Shown one piece after another: positions 1 to 8,966 of a stretch of DNA of 32,000 bases. The notes beneath the pieces are model-generated. The model saw only the letters and a list, made by a program, of their open reading frames with translations. It did not search any database and was not told where the DNA came from. Made by a program: the position numbers and the translations under genes. The stretch lies in contig NC_016012.1 in the NCBI RefSeq assembly GCF_000283555.1, positions 630,001-662,000 on the forward strand. The letters are read 5' to 3'. Source of the stretch: Candidatus Arthromitus sp. SFB-rat-Yit. GTDB taxonomy: Bacteria > Bacillota > Clostridia > Clostridiales > Clostridiaceae. The first letter of the stretch is position 1, and the number at the start of each line of letters is the position of its first letter.

Positions 1-269
1 AAAATCCTGAGATAATTTTAGCTGATGAACCTGTTGCAGCTTTGGATCCGATTACAGCTAGAAAAGTTATGGAAGATTTTAAGAAGATAAATAAAGAGAT
101 GGATATTTCAATTTTGATTAATATCCACCATGTTGAACTTGCACTTAATTATGCAGATAGAATTGTGGGAATTAGAGATGGGAAAATAGTTTATGATGGA
201 CCTTCATCTGATGTGACAGAAGAAATATTAGAGAATATTTACAAAGGCAAGGTGGAGGTGGTTGCGTGA
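1..269 (+). CDS. phnC: Phosphonate/phosphate-ester ABC transporter ATP-binding protein, C-terminal fragment (open at the left edge)
   Basis: The frame is open from the window start and encodes NPEIILADEPVAALDPITARKVMEDF (Walker B/D-loop), then the H-loop context INIHHVELALNYADRIVGIRDGKIVYDG. It is directly followed by two PhnE-like permeases. The ORF-track start at 42 (TTG) is internal. Confidence 0.85.
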   Translation, partial: NPEIILADEPVAALDPITARKVMEDFKKINKEMDISILINIHHVELALNYADRIVGIRDGKIVYDGPSSDVTEEILENIYKGKVEVVA

Positions 270-1087
270 ATATCTACGATAAGATATTTAGACCAAGGGT
301 TATAGAACTTGGAAATGGCAAACAAGTTGTAGAAAAAAGATCTATGGTACCACTTTTAATTTTAATTTTTATTATTGCAGTTATAGTATCTATGGGAATT
401 ACTGGATTTAATTTCAATACATTAATTAGGCGTGGTGGAAATTTCTTTGATATTATAAAACAAATGTTCCCGCCAAATTTTGAGTACATAAATAAAATAT
501 GGAAACCACTTTTTGATACGATAAAAATGTCTTTTTTGGGATCTATTATAGGTGCTTTGGCTGTCGTACCCTTTTCTGTAGTGGCGTCAAGCAACATAAT
601 AAAAAATAAATTCATTGTATCTATAATGAGATTTTTACTGAGCATAATAAGAACGCTTCCAACATTAGTTATAGCACTTATTGCAACATATATTTTTGGT
701 CTTGGGACTTTTGCGGGTACTGTTGCTATTGCTATATTTACTTTTGGATATGTTGGAAAGAAACTTTATGAGCAAATAGAAACTGTTGATATGGGAGCTT
801 ATGAGGCAATTCAGGCATTAGGAGCAAGTAAGGTACGAGCATTTTCAAGTGCTATTGTCCCGCAGGTTTTGCCTACGTATATTGCTACAAGTTTATTTTG
901 TTTTGAAGGTAATGTTAGGCATGCGGCTATATTAGGTTATGTCGGTGCTGGAGGAATTGGTTTAATTTTAAATGAGAACTTGGGCTGGAGAGAGTATTCA
1001 AGTGTTGGAATGATACTTATATCTTTATTTGTAGCTGTAGTTTTAATTGAATTGCTAAGTCATTATCTTAGGAAGAAATTAACTTAG
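266..1087 (+). CDS. phnE: Phosphonate-type ABC transporter permease
   Basis: 273 aa, multiple hydrophobic segments, permease EAA-like motif (GAYEAIQALGASKVRAFSSAIVPQVLPTYIATSLFCFEGNVRHAAILGYVGAGGIG). GTG start overlaps the phnC end; RBS ggaggtgg. Confidence 0.87.
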   Translation: MNIYDKIFRPRVIELGNGKQVVEKRSMVPLLILIFIIAVIVSMGITGFNFNTLIRRGGNFFDIIKQMFPPNFEYINKIWKPLFDTIKMSFLGSIIGALAVVPFSVVASSNIIKNKFIVSIMRFLLSIIRTLPTLVIALIATYIFGLGTFAGTVAIAIFTFGYVGKKLYEQIETVDMGAYEAIQALGASKVRAFSSAIVPQVLPTYIATSLFCFEGNVRHAAILGYVGAGGIGLILNENLGWREYSSVGMILISLFVAVVLIELLSHYLRKKLT

Positions 1088-1101
1088 GAGGAGTAATATC
1101 T

Positions 1102-1908
1102 ATGAGTGAAATAGTTTTAAGACAGTACGAGAAAGAACCACGTAAATTTTTATGGAAAATAATTACGGCTTTGGTTTGTGTCTTTTTTATTGTCTTGTCA
1201 AGCAGTACTATAAATTTAGATGGTATATCAAAAAATGGTATTCAAATAGCTAAGAATATTTTTCTTGGGATATTTAATCCGGATACCGAATTACTATTTA
1301 ATTTTGTTGATGGAGTACCTTACCTTTTGCTTGAAACAATGTGTATTGCCTTTCTTGGTACACTTGTTGGTGCAATTCTTGCTATACCAATTTCATTTAT
1401 GTCAGCAACAAATATTGTTCCTAAGCCAATAAGTGTTATCGGAAGATTTATAATAATGTCAATTCGTACAGTTCCATCAATTGTTTATGCTTTGATGTTC
1501 ATAAGAGTGACGGGTCCTGGAGCTTTTGCTGGACTTCTTACGATGTCGCTGTCATCTATTGGAATGATATCTAAAATGTATATTGAATCTATAGAAGATT
1601 TGGATACGAAGATTTTGGAATCTTTAGATGCTTGTGGATGTAATTTCTTTCAAAAAATACGTTATGGAATACTTCCTCAGCTTTTTCCAGATTTCATTTC
1701 AACAGTTATATATCGATTCGATATGAATTTGAGAGATGCAAGTATACTTGGGATAGTAGGAGCGGGAGGAATAGGGGCTCCATTAATATTCTCTATGAAT
1801 GCTTATAGATGGAGTCAGGTTGGATCAATTATAATAGGACTTATAGTTCTTGTGCTTATTATAGAATTTATTTCGACTAGAATAAGAGTAAAGCTAGCTA
1901 GGGGGTAG
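1102..1908 (+). CDS. phnE: Second phosphonate-type ABC transporter permease
   Basis: 268 aa, EAA-like loop (ESLDACGCNFFQKIRYGILPQLFPDFISTVIYRFDMNLRDASILGIVGAGGIGAPL), homologous in layout to the preceding gene. RBS aggagg. Confidence 0.87.
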   Translation: MSEIVLRQYEKEPRKFLWKIITALVCVFFIVLSSSTINLDGISKNGIQIAKNIFLGIFNPDTELLFNFVDGVPYLLLETMCIAFLGTLVGAILAIPISFMSATNIVPKPISVIGRFIIMSIRTVPSIVYALMFIRVTGPGAFAGLLTMSLSSIGMISKMYIESIEDLDTKILESLDACGCNFFQKIRYGILPQLFPDFISTVIYRFDMNLRDASILGIVGAGGIGAPLIFSMNAYRWSQVGSIIIGLIVLVLIIEFISTRIRVKLARG

Positions 1909-1911
1909 ACA

Positions 1912-3393
1912 ATGAATAAAAATTTGAGAATAATTTTTACATCTGATATTCATGGTTATTTTTTTAATACTGATTATATGGATAGAGAAATTAAACCTCA
2001 AGGATTGCTACATTTGGCAACGAGATATAATAAAGATGATGAAACTTTAATTATTGATGGGGGCGATATGCTTCAAGGATCGCCATTTACATATTTTAGC
2101 AAATTGAGAAATTCACCTGATAGAATTGCACGCATCATGAACAAAGTTGGATATGATTTTGTAACTATAGGAAATCATGATTTTAATTATGGATATGAAT
2201 ATTTTAAAAAATATTTGGAACATTTAGATGCTGAATGTGTTTGTGAGAATTGTCTTAATGAAGATGGCAATCCTATATATCCGTATAAAATAGTTACAAT
2301 GAAAAATGGACTCAAGGTTGGGATTGTAGGATGTGTAACTGAATTTGTAAATCTATGGGAAAATCCAAAGAATTTGGGTGGAGTTTCGATTGGGAATATA
2401 ATTGAAAATTTAAAGAGAGCCTATGAACAAATGAAAGACAAGGTTGATATAACTATCTGTGTATATCACGGCGGATTTGAATGCGATATTGATACGAAAA
2501 AAATAATTGAAACAAGTGGAGAAAATGTTGGTTTTAAAATTTGTAATGAATTGAACTTTGATATACTATTGACGGGACATCAACACGTTGGGATTGAGGG
2601 AAGATACTTGAATAACACTTACATAGTACAAAATTTATTCAATGCCATGAGCTTTCACGATATAAAAATAACAAGAAATAATGGTGAAAATATTATTAAT
2701 TCTGAAATGATATTTGCAAAAGATATACCATTTTCTAACGAGATGTTACCATTTAATGAAGAGAATGAAGAAGTTCAAGACCTTATAGATGATTTTGTTG
2801 GTGAATTAGATGAAGAACTACTTCCGGATACTCATTTAAATATGGCAATTAATGGAAGTAAACTTGCTGACTTCATAAATAAAATTCAGATAGAATATAC
2901 AGGGGCTGATATTTCTTCCACAAGTTTTGCAAATAGAATTTCTGGACTTCCAAAGAAGGTTAGAATAAGGGACATTTTGCTCACGTATCCATTTTCAAAT
3001 ACTTTAGTTGTTCTTGAAATAAATGGAAAGAATTTAAAGAAAGTTCTTGAGAGAAGTGCTGAATATTTTGATGTAAAAGATGGGGAAGTTATTATCTCTG
3101 AAAAATTTTTAAAACCTAAAATTGAACATTATAATTATGATTACTATATGGGCGTTGATTATAAAATCAATTATGGCGGAGCTATTGGTAATCGAGTTTA
3201 TGATATCAAAGTAAAAGGTAAAGAAGTGTCGGACAATGATATTTTTACAATTTGTTTGAACAGTTACAGAGCAAAAGGAACTGGTGGATATTTTACATAT
3301 AATGATTGTAAAGTTGTGAAAAAATATGATGAAGAAATGTTTGAAATATTAATGGAATATATCAAAAATTTTCACGAACATAAAAATAAATAA
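1912..3393 (+). CDS. 5'-nucleotidase / 2',3'-cyclic phosphodiesterase family metallophosphatase
   Basis: Metallophosphatase motifs IIFTSDIHGYFFN, IDGGDMLQGSP, TIGNHDFNYG, VCYHGGFECD and LLTGHQHVGIEG, plus a C-terminal 5'-nucleotidase domain (LTYPFSNTLVVLEINGKNLKKVLE...). Starts 3 nt after the phnE stop. Confidence 0.88.
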   Translation: MNKNLRIIFTSDIHGYFFNTDYMDREIKPQGLLHLATRYNKDDETLIIDGGDMLQGSPFTYFSKLRNSPDRIARIMNKVGYDFVTIGNHDFNYGYEYFKKYLEHLDAECVCENCLNEDGNPIYPYKIVTMKNGLKVGIVGCVTEFVNLWENPKNLGGVSIGNIIENLKRAYEQMKDKVDITICVYHGGFECDIDTKKIIETSGENVGFKICNELNFDILLTGHQHVGIEGRYLNNTYIVQNLFNAMSFHDIKITRNNGENIINSEMIFAKDIPFSNEMLPFNEENEEVQDLIDDFVGELDEELLPDTHLNMAINGSKLADFINKIQIEYTGADISSTSFANRISGLPKKVRIRDILLTYPFSNTLVVLEINGKNLKKVLERSAEYFDVKDGEVIISEKFLKPKIEHYNYDYYMGVDYKINYGGAIGNRVYDIKVKGKEVSDNDIFTICLNSYRAKGTGGYFTYNDCKVVKKYDEEMFEILMEYIKNFHEHKNK

Positions 3394-3420
3394 ATTATGA
3401 TTAAGCTTGATCAATATATC

Positions 3421-3449
3421 TTGATAAGTAAGTTTATAAAGTGTAATAT
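3421..3449 (+). promoter_or_regulatory. Putative sigma-A promoter for the aldo/keto reductase gene
   Basis: TTGATA (3421-3426), 17 nt spacer, TAATAT (3444-3449), about 35 nt upstream of the ATG at 3484. Confidence 0.4.
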
Positions 3450-3483
3450 ATAATTGTCTAATATCTAAAGGGAGGTATACTAA

Positions 3484-4332
3484 ATGATAAGTTCTTTGGG
3501 AGGTAAACGTAAGCTTAATAATGGAATTGAAATTCCTGCATTCGGTTTGGGTGTTTATAAAGTTCAAGATGATGAATGTGCAGCTCTTGTTAGAGATGCA
3601 ATTAAAAATGGATATCGTTTGATTGATACAGCATCATTTTATGATAATGAGATTGGTACAGGTAAAGGTATACATGAAGGAATTAAAGAATCCGGATTAC
3701 AAAGAAAAGATATTTTTGTTACAACGAAAGTTTGGAATGATGGACTTTCTTATGAACAAACTATAGATTCTTTTAACAAAAGTATGGATAAGCTACAACT
3801 TGATTATTTGGATTTATATTTAATACATTGGCCAGGCAATCCATATTCTTTCCAAGAACCGTGGAAGGCTTTGGAGGATTTGTATTCTCAGGGAAAAATT
3901 AAGTCTATTGGTGTTTGTAATTTTAATAAAGAACATTTTGAGGATCTCATGAAATTTGCTAAGGTTAAACCTGTGCTGAATCAGATTGAAATTCATCCAA
4001 AGTTAACTCAAGAAGATTTGAGAAAATATTGCGAAGAACATGATATTTTAGTTCAGGCATGGTCACCTCTTATGAGAGGTAAAATATTTACTGATGATGT
4101 GATTGTGGAACTTTCAGAGAAGTATAGAAAAACTCCAGCACAAATAATTCTTCGTTGGCATTTACAACAAGATATTCTAGTTATATTTAAGTCATCGAAT
4201 ATGGAGAGGGTTATAAGTAACGCTGATATTTTTGATTTTGAAATCGCCCCTGAAGATATTCAAAAAATATCTTCATTAAATGAGAATTTAAGGACTGGAC
4301 CTGACCCAAAAGTTTTTAATTTCGGTAAATAG
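3484..4332 (+). CDS. Aldo/keto reductase
   Basis: AKR motifs GVYKVQDDE, LIDTASFYDNEIGTGKGI, LDLYLIHWPGNP, IKSIGVCNFNKEHFEDL, NQIEIHP. RBS gggagg. Confidence 0.92.
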   Translation: MISSLGGKRKLNNGIEIPAFGLGVYKVQDDECAALVRDAIKNGYRLIDTASFYDNEIGTGKGIHEGIKESGLQRKDIFVTTKVWNDGLSYEQTIDSFNKSMDKLQLDYLDLYLIHWPGNPYSFQEPWKALEDLYSQGKIKSIGVCNFNKEHFEDLMKFAKVKPVLNQIEIHPKLTQEDLRKYCEEHDILVQAWSPLMRGKIFTDDVIVELSEKYRKTPAQIILRWHLQQDILVIFKSSNMERVISNADIFDFEIAPEDIQKISSLNENLRTGPDPKVFNFGK

Positions 4333-4363
4333 AGTACGAATAATTTAATGGAAGGATATCCTT

Positions 4364-5458
4364 ATGAAGAGATTGGGAATTTCGATTTATCCTGAAAAAA
4401 GTTCGAAAGAAGAAGTGTTAGAGTATATTGATAAGGCAGCTTATTTTGGATTTTCAAGAATGTTTTCTTGTTTACTTTCAGCGGTAGATGATAAGGAAAA
4501 GATAAAGAAAGATTTTAAGGATATAAATAGCTTTGCAAAGTCTAAAGGTTTTGAAGTTATAGTGGATGTTTCTCCGAGTGTTTTTTCTAAACTTGGGATT
4601 ACATATAATGATTTGAGATTTTTTACAGAAATTCAAGCTGATGGTTTTAGATTAGATGAAGGATTTACGGGAAATGAAGAAGCATTAATGACATTTAATG
4701 AGCACGATTTGAAAGTTGAAATCAATGCAAGTATAGATGTTCATACGATAGATATTATTATGGACTATTGCCCAAACAGGTATAATTTGTATGGATGTCA
4801 TAATTTTTATCCTCACGTTTATTCAGGATTAGATTTTGATTATTTCAATAGATGCACAAATCGTTTCAAAAAATATGGATTGAAAACAGCTGCTTTTGTT
4901 ACGAGCCAAAACCGAAATACATTTGGACCATGGCCTGTAACACAAGGATTAGTTACTCTTGAGATGCATAGAGATTTATCATTGATGACGCAAGTTAAAC
5001 ATTATTTATCTATGGAAAATATTGATGATATTATAATTTCTAACTGTTATCCATCTGATAAAGAGTTAGAGCAATTTAAAGATTTAGATCTTAGATTGGT
5101 AACTTTTGGAGTGAATTTAGAAGATGGAGTGCCTGAACTTCAATGTAGAGTGATGTTTGAAGAACTGCATATGAACAGAGGAGATGTTAATTCAAATATG
5201 ATTCGATCTACCCAGACTAGAGTTAAATATAAAGGAAATAATTTTGAATTATTTAACGCACCAGAGATAATTAAACGTGGAGATGTTGTAATAGAGAGTA
5301 GCAAGTATGGTCATTATGCTGGAGAGTTACAAATTGCGAAAAGAGATATGAAAAATACGGGATTTTCAAATGTTGTTGGAAAAGTAACAGAAGAGGAATT
5401 ATTTATATTAGATTATTTAAAACCTTGGCAAAAATTTAAATTAAAAATGAATGAATAA
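4364..5458 (+). CDS. mupG: MupG/DUF871 family protein (putative 6-phospho-N-acetylmuramidase)
   Basis: N-terminal MKRLGISIYPEKSSKEEVLEYIDKAAYFGFSRMFSCLLS and NLYGCHNFYPHVYSGL, characteristic of the DUF871 TIM barrel with a C-terminal cyclophilin-like domain. Confidence 0.75.
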   Translation: MKRLGISIYPEKSSKEEVLEYIDKAAYFGFSRMFSCLLSAVDDKEKIKKDFKDINSFAKSKGFEVIVDVSPSVFSKLGITYNDLRFFTEIQADGFRLDEGFTGNEEALMTFNEHDLKVEINASIDVHTIDIIMDYCPNRYNLYGCHNFYPHVYSGLDFDYFNRCTNRFKKYGLKTAAFVTSQNRNTFGPWPVTQGLVTLEMHRDLSLMTQVKHYLSMENIDDIIISNCYPSDKELEQFKDLDLRLVTFGVNLEDGVPELQCRVMFEELHMNRGDVNSNMIRSTQTRVKYKGNNFELFNAPEIIKRGDVVIESSKYGHYAGELQIAKRDMKNTGFSNVVGKVTEEELFILDYLKPWQKFKLKMNE

Positions 5459-5470
5459 AGAGAAATGAGT

Positions 5471-5509
5471 TATAAAGAGCTTAAGATTTTTAATCTTAGG
5501 CTCTTTATA
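5471..5509. terminator. Probable bidirectional intrinsic terminator between convergent mupG and fruA
   Basis: Inverted repeat TATAAAGAGCTTAAGATT / ttt / AATCTTAGGCTCTTTATA (18 bp stem with one wobble) lying between the two stop codons. Confidence 0.7.
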
Positions 5510-5511
5510 GT

Positions 5512-7395
5512 TTATTTATCAGTCATACGATTTTTTGTTAATGCTCCAAGGATTAAAGCTCCAACAATTGATCCAATAAAAATTGAAATTAAATACATTA
5601 CCCAATTACCAACAATTGGAAATACAAAGATTCCTCCATGAGGTGCTCTAAGTGTACAGTCAAATATCATTGTTAATGCACCAGTAACTGCAGCACCTAT
5701 AGCACAAGAAGGTATAACTCTAAGAGGATTAGCTGCTGCAAATGGAATTACTCCTTCTGTTATAAAAGACAATCCCATTATATAGTTAACTTTTCCTGCG
5801 TCAACTTCTTCTTTAGTGAAATTGTTTTTAAAGAAAGTTGTAGCAAGAGCTATTACTAAAGGTGGAACCATTCCACCAGCCATAACTGCAGCCATTACAT
5901 AGAAGTTTCCAGCTTCAATTGATGCGATACCAAATACATATGCCGCTTTGTTAATAGGTCCGCCCATATCTATTGCCATCATAGCAGCAACTATAACTCC
6001 TAATAAAATTTTTGAACTAGTTCCGAGATTTGATAAAAATGAAATAAGACTATTGTTTATAAATGTAATAGGTGGATTGAATACAAATACCATTATGATG
6101 CTGATTAATAAAGTACCAAATAGCGGATATAATAGTACAGGTTTAATTCCTTCAAGTGAGCTTGGTAAAAATGAGAAAACTTTTTTAAGTAAAATAACTA
6201 AATATCCAGCGATAAATCCGGCAATTAATGCTCCTAAAAATCCAGCACCACTATTTTTTGCTAGAATTCCTCCAACAAAACCAATAACCATAGCAGGTCT
6301 ATCAGAGATACCTACGGCGATAAATCCAGCAAGTACTGGTAATAAAAATTCAAATGCTATATTTCCAGTTGATTTAAGAAATGCCGCGAAAGGTGTATTT
6401 GATCCAAAATTTTCTGGATTTATTTCGTAATTATCGAATAAAAAAGCAAGTGCAATTAAAATTCCTCCCGCAACAACAAATGGCAACATATGAGATACGC
6501 CATTCATTAAGCTTTTATATATTTTTCTTCCAGAACTTTCTTCAAATTCTGTATCATTACTTTTAGTGTTTTCGGAATGATAAATAGGAGCATCCCCAGA
6601 AACGGCACGCTTGATTAATTCCTCTGGTTTATGTATTCCATCAGATACTTTTGTTTGTATAACTCTTTTGCCATTAAATCTTGCCATTTCAATTTTCTTG
6701 TCTGCAGCAACTATTATTCCACTACAATTTTCAATTTCTTCTTTTGTTAATGCGTTTTTGATTCCAGAAGATCCATTTGTTTCAACCTTAATGCTAATAC
6801 CCATTTCACGAGCTTTATTTGTTAAAGATTCAGCAGCCATAAAAGTATGAGCTATACCTGTTGGGCATGCAGTGACAGCAAGAACTTTTGGTAAATTTAA
6901 ATCACGATTTAACGCATCATCTTTTTCATCAACAAATTTTTCATTCTCCATTTTGTCTATCAGAGATAAAAAATCTCCAGAAGATTTTGCATTTATAAGA
7001 GAGTTTCGAAATTTTTCATCCATTAACATAGTAGAAAGTCTAGCAAGCACATCTAAATGAATGTTGTTGCCTCCTTCTGGGGCAGCAATCATAAAAAATA
7101 AATGTGCGTTTGAACCATCTAAAGATTCATAATCAATACCATCTTTGCTAACACCGGCAGCAAGACAAGCTTTTTTAACAACTGATGTTTTGGCATGAGG
7201 TATCGCAATGCCTTCACCTATTCCTGTTGTGCTCTGATTTTCACGCTTTAAAATTTCATCTTTATATAATTTTTTATCAGATATGTTTCCGCTTTTTTCA
7301 ATTAAATTGACTAATTCATCAATTACATCTGGTTTATTTTTTGAATTTAGATTTAAATTTATTGAATTTAAATCCAGTAAGTCAATAATTCTCAT
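5512..7395 (-). CDS. fruA: PTS fructose transporter subunit IIABC
   Basis: 627 aa. N-terminal IIA (STTGIGEGIAIPHAKT), IIB (VTACPTGIAHTFMAAESL) and a multi-TM IIC domain (GVSHMLPFVVAGGILIALAF, AAFILRAPHGGIFVF-like region). Confidence 0.93.
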   Translation of the reverse strand: MRIIDLLDLNSINLNLNSKNKPDVIDELVNLIEKSGNISDKKLYKDEILKRENQSTTGIGEGIAIPHAKTSVVKKACLAAGVSKDGIDYESLDGSNAHLFFMIAAPEGGNNIHLDVLARLSTMLMDEKFRNSLINAKSSGDFLSLIDKMENEKFVDEKDDALNRDLNLPKVLAVTACPTGIAHTFMAAESLTNKAREMGISIKVETNGSSGIKNALTKEEIENCSGIIVAADKKIEMARFNGKRVIQTKVSDGIHKPEELIKRAVSGDAPIYHSENTKSNDTEFEESSGRKIYKSLMNGVSHMLPFVVAGGILIALAFLFDNYEINPENFGSNTPFAAFLKSTGNIAFEFLLPVLAGFIAVGISDRPAMVIGFVGGILAKNSGAGFLGALIAGFIAGYLVILLKKVFSFLPSSLEGIKPVLLYPLFGTLLISIIMVFVFNPPITFINNSLISFLSNLGTSSKILLGVIVAAMMAIDMGGPINKAAYVFGIASIEAGNFYVMAAVMAGGMVPPLVIALATTFFKNNFTKEEVDAGKVNYIMGLSFITEGVIPFAAANPLRVIPSCAIGAAVTGALTMIFDCTLRAPHGGIFVFPIVGNWVMYLISIFIGSIVGALILGALTKNRMTDK

Positions 7396-7411
7396 AATTC
7401 CCCCCCAAATT

Positions 7412-8332
7412 TTATAATTTCGTAATTTGTATTTGATTTATCAAAAGATTTATCAAAGATATTTTAGCTAAGTTTTCTGAAAATGCAGTTGCACTTCCAC
7501 TAGCTGCTCCAAGTCTTAAAGCTTGAGCATAATCATTTGTTTTTAAATATCCAGCTATGAATCCAGCAACCATTGAATCTCCAGCTCCAACTGAGTTTTT
7601 CAAAACACCATTAGGTATATTGCTTGAATAAATTTCATCAAATTCGTTTATCAGAATTGCTCCATCTTTTCCTAAAGATATCAGAACATTTGTAGCACCC
7701 ATCTTTTTTAACTTTTTTCCACATTCAATTAAATTTTCCATACTAGGATCAGACAAATTAAATATTTCTGCTACTTCGTGATTATTCGGCTTTATTAAAA
7801 ATGGTTTATACTTAAGTGAATTAAGTAATAAATTTTTTCTGGCATCAACAATCACTTTTATATTTTTGGATTTGAGTCTATCTAGAATATCTTGATAAAA
7901 ATTGTCTGATAGTGAACTTGGTATACTGCCTGACAATATAACAATATCCCCATCGTTAATTGCATCAATTTTATTATTTAAAAGTTGCACATGAGGATCT
8001 GATATTCTGGGACCTAATCCATTAATTTCGGTTTCGCTTTCCCCAATTTTCATTTTAATATTGATGCGTGAAAAATTATTTTCTACGCTTACAAAATCGC
8101 TTGTGATATTATTGCTTTTGAGAGATTCTTCAACAAACTTTCCAGTAAAGCCACTAATGAAACCTAATGCTTTACTTTTAATTTCGAATTCACTTAAAAT
8201 TTTGGATACGTTTATACCTTTTCCACCAACACACACATCATTGGAGTTTACTATATTTACACAATTTTCATTTAATTTATCTAGCTTTATTATGTAATCG
8301 ATAGAAGGATTTAATGTAAAAGTATAAATCAT
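7412..8332 (-). CDS. fruK: 1-phosphofructokinase
   Basis: MIYTFTLNPSIDYIIKL, GGKGINVSKIL, and C-terminal GVLKNSVGAGDSMVAGFIAG (PfkB family). Co-directional and immediately upstream of fruA. Confidence 0.92.
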   Translation of the reverse strand: MIYTFTLNPSIDYIIKLDKLNENCVNIVNSNDVCVGGKGINVSKILSEFEIKSKALGFISGFTGKFVEESLKSNNITSDFVSVENNFSRINIKMKIGESETEINGLGPRISDPHVQLLNNKIDAINDGDIVILSGSIPSSLSDNFYQDILDRLKSKNIKVIVDARKNLLLNSLKYKPFLIKPNNHEVAEIFNLSDPSMENLIECGKKLKKMGATNVLISLGKDGAILINEFDEIYSSNIPNGVLKNSVGAGDSMVAGFIAGYLKTNDYAQALRLGAASGSATAFSENLAKISLINLLINQIQITKL

Positions 8333-8382
8333 TTTGTTTCAAATGCCTCCTTTAGATAATTTTATAACTTACTCACTTATCG

Positions 8383-8388
8383 ATTATA
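8383..8388 (-). promoter_or_regulatory. Candidate -10 element (TATAAT on the minus strand) for fruK-fruA
   Basis: Plus-strand ATTATA = minus-strand TATAAT, about 50 nt upstream of the fruK ATG. No clear -35. Confidence 0.35.
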
Positions 8389-8461
8389 GTAGGAAATTTA
8401 AAGAAAATAAATATAAACTAATCAATAATTTTATATTTTAATCTCAAGAAGTGCTCTGGTA

Positions 8462-8470
8462 TGATATAAT
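8462..8470 (+). promoter_or_regulatory. Extended -10 promoter for the nusB operon
   Basis: TGaTATAAT at 8462-8470, about 47 nt upstream of the nusB ATG. Confidence 0.5.
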
Positions 8471-8516
8471 TAACTTGAAAAGTTTTGAAGATTAGGAGAA
8501 AGTATTTAAAAAAATT

Positions 8517-8966
8517 ATGAGTGGTTATAGAAGTAAATCAAGAGAATTACTTTTACAAATTTTATTTTGTTCAAATTTTAATCAAATTAACCAAAAGTAT
8601 AAGAAATTGATAGATGATTTTGAAGAAGAGTTTATGGAAAATGATTGTGATATTAATATGAAGTTTTTAAATAAAGAGTATTGTTTGAATGTTTTAAATG
8701 GAATAGATCTTCATAGAGATGAAATTGATAATCTTATACAAAATAATTTAAAAAGATGGAAAATAAATAGAATAGCAAAAATAGATCTATCAATTCTTAG
8801 ACTAGCCGTTTATGAAATGTGTTTTGATGGATTGCCTCCAAAAATTGCAATAAACGAGGCATTAAATCTTACAAAAACTTATAGTGTAGAGAAATCAAAG
8901 GGATATATTAATGGAGTTTTGGATTCTATAAAAAAGTCGAGAGAGGATAGCATTAATGAAACTTAA
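8517..8966 (+). CDS. nusB: Transcription antitermination factor NusB
   Basis: SRELLLQILFCSN..., NRIAKIDLSILRLAVYEMCFDGLPPKIAINEALNLTKTYSVEKSKGYINGVLDSI. Confidence 0.92.
   Translation: MSGYRSKSRELLLQILFCSNFNQINQKYKKLIDDFEEEFMENDCDINMKFLNKEYCLNVLNGIDLHRDEIDNLIQNNLKRWKINRIAKIDLSILRLAVYEMCFDGLPPKIAINEALNLTKTYSVEKSKGYINGVLDSIKKSREDSINET

Noticed and set aside
3349-3567. Minus-strand 72-aa ORF spanning the nucleotidase/AKR junction
   Set aside because: Antisense to two well-supported genes and a promoter region, with low-complexity composition and no independent support.
5948-7060. Three plus-strand ORFs (5948-6430, 6611-6850, 6872-7060) and a related one at 6381-6566 inside fruA
   Set aside because: All are antisense to the strongly supported fruA frame, and their compositions look like shadow translations of a transmembrane gene.
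8061-8297. Plus-strand 78-aa ORF in fruK
   Set aside because: Shadow ORF of fruK with no protein family signature.
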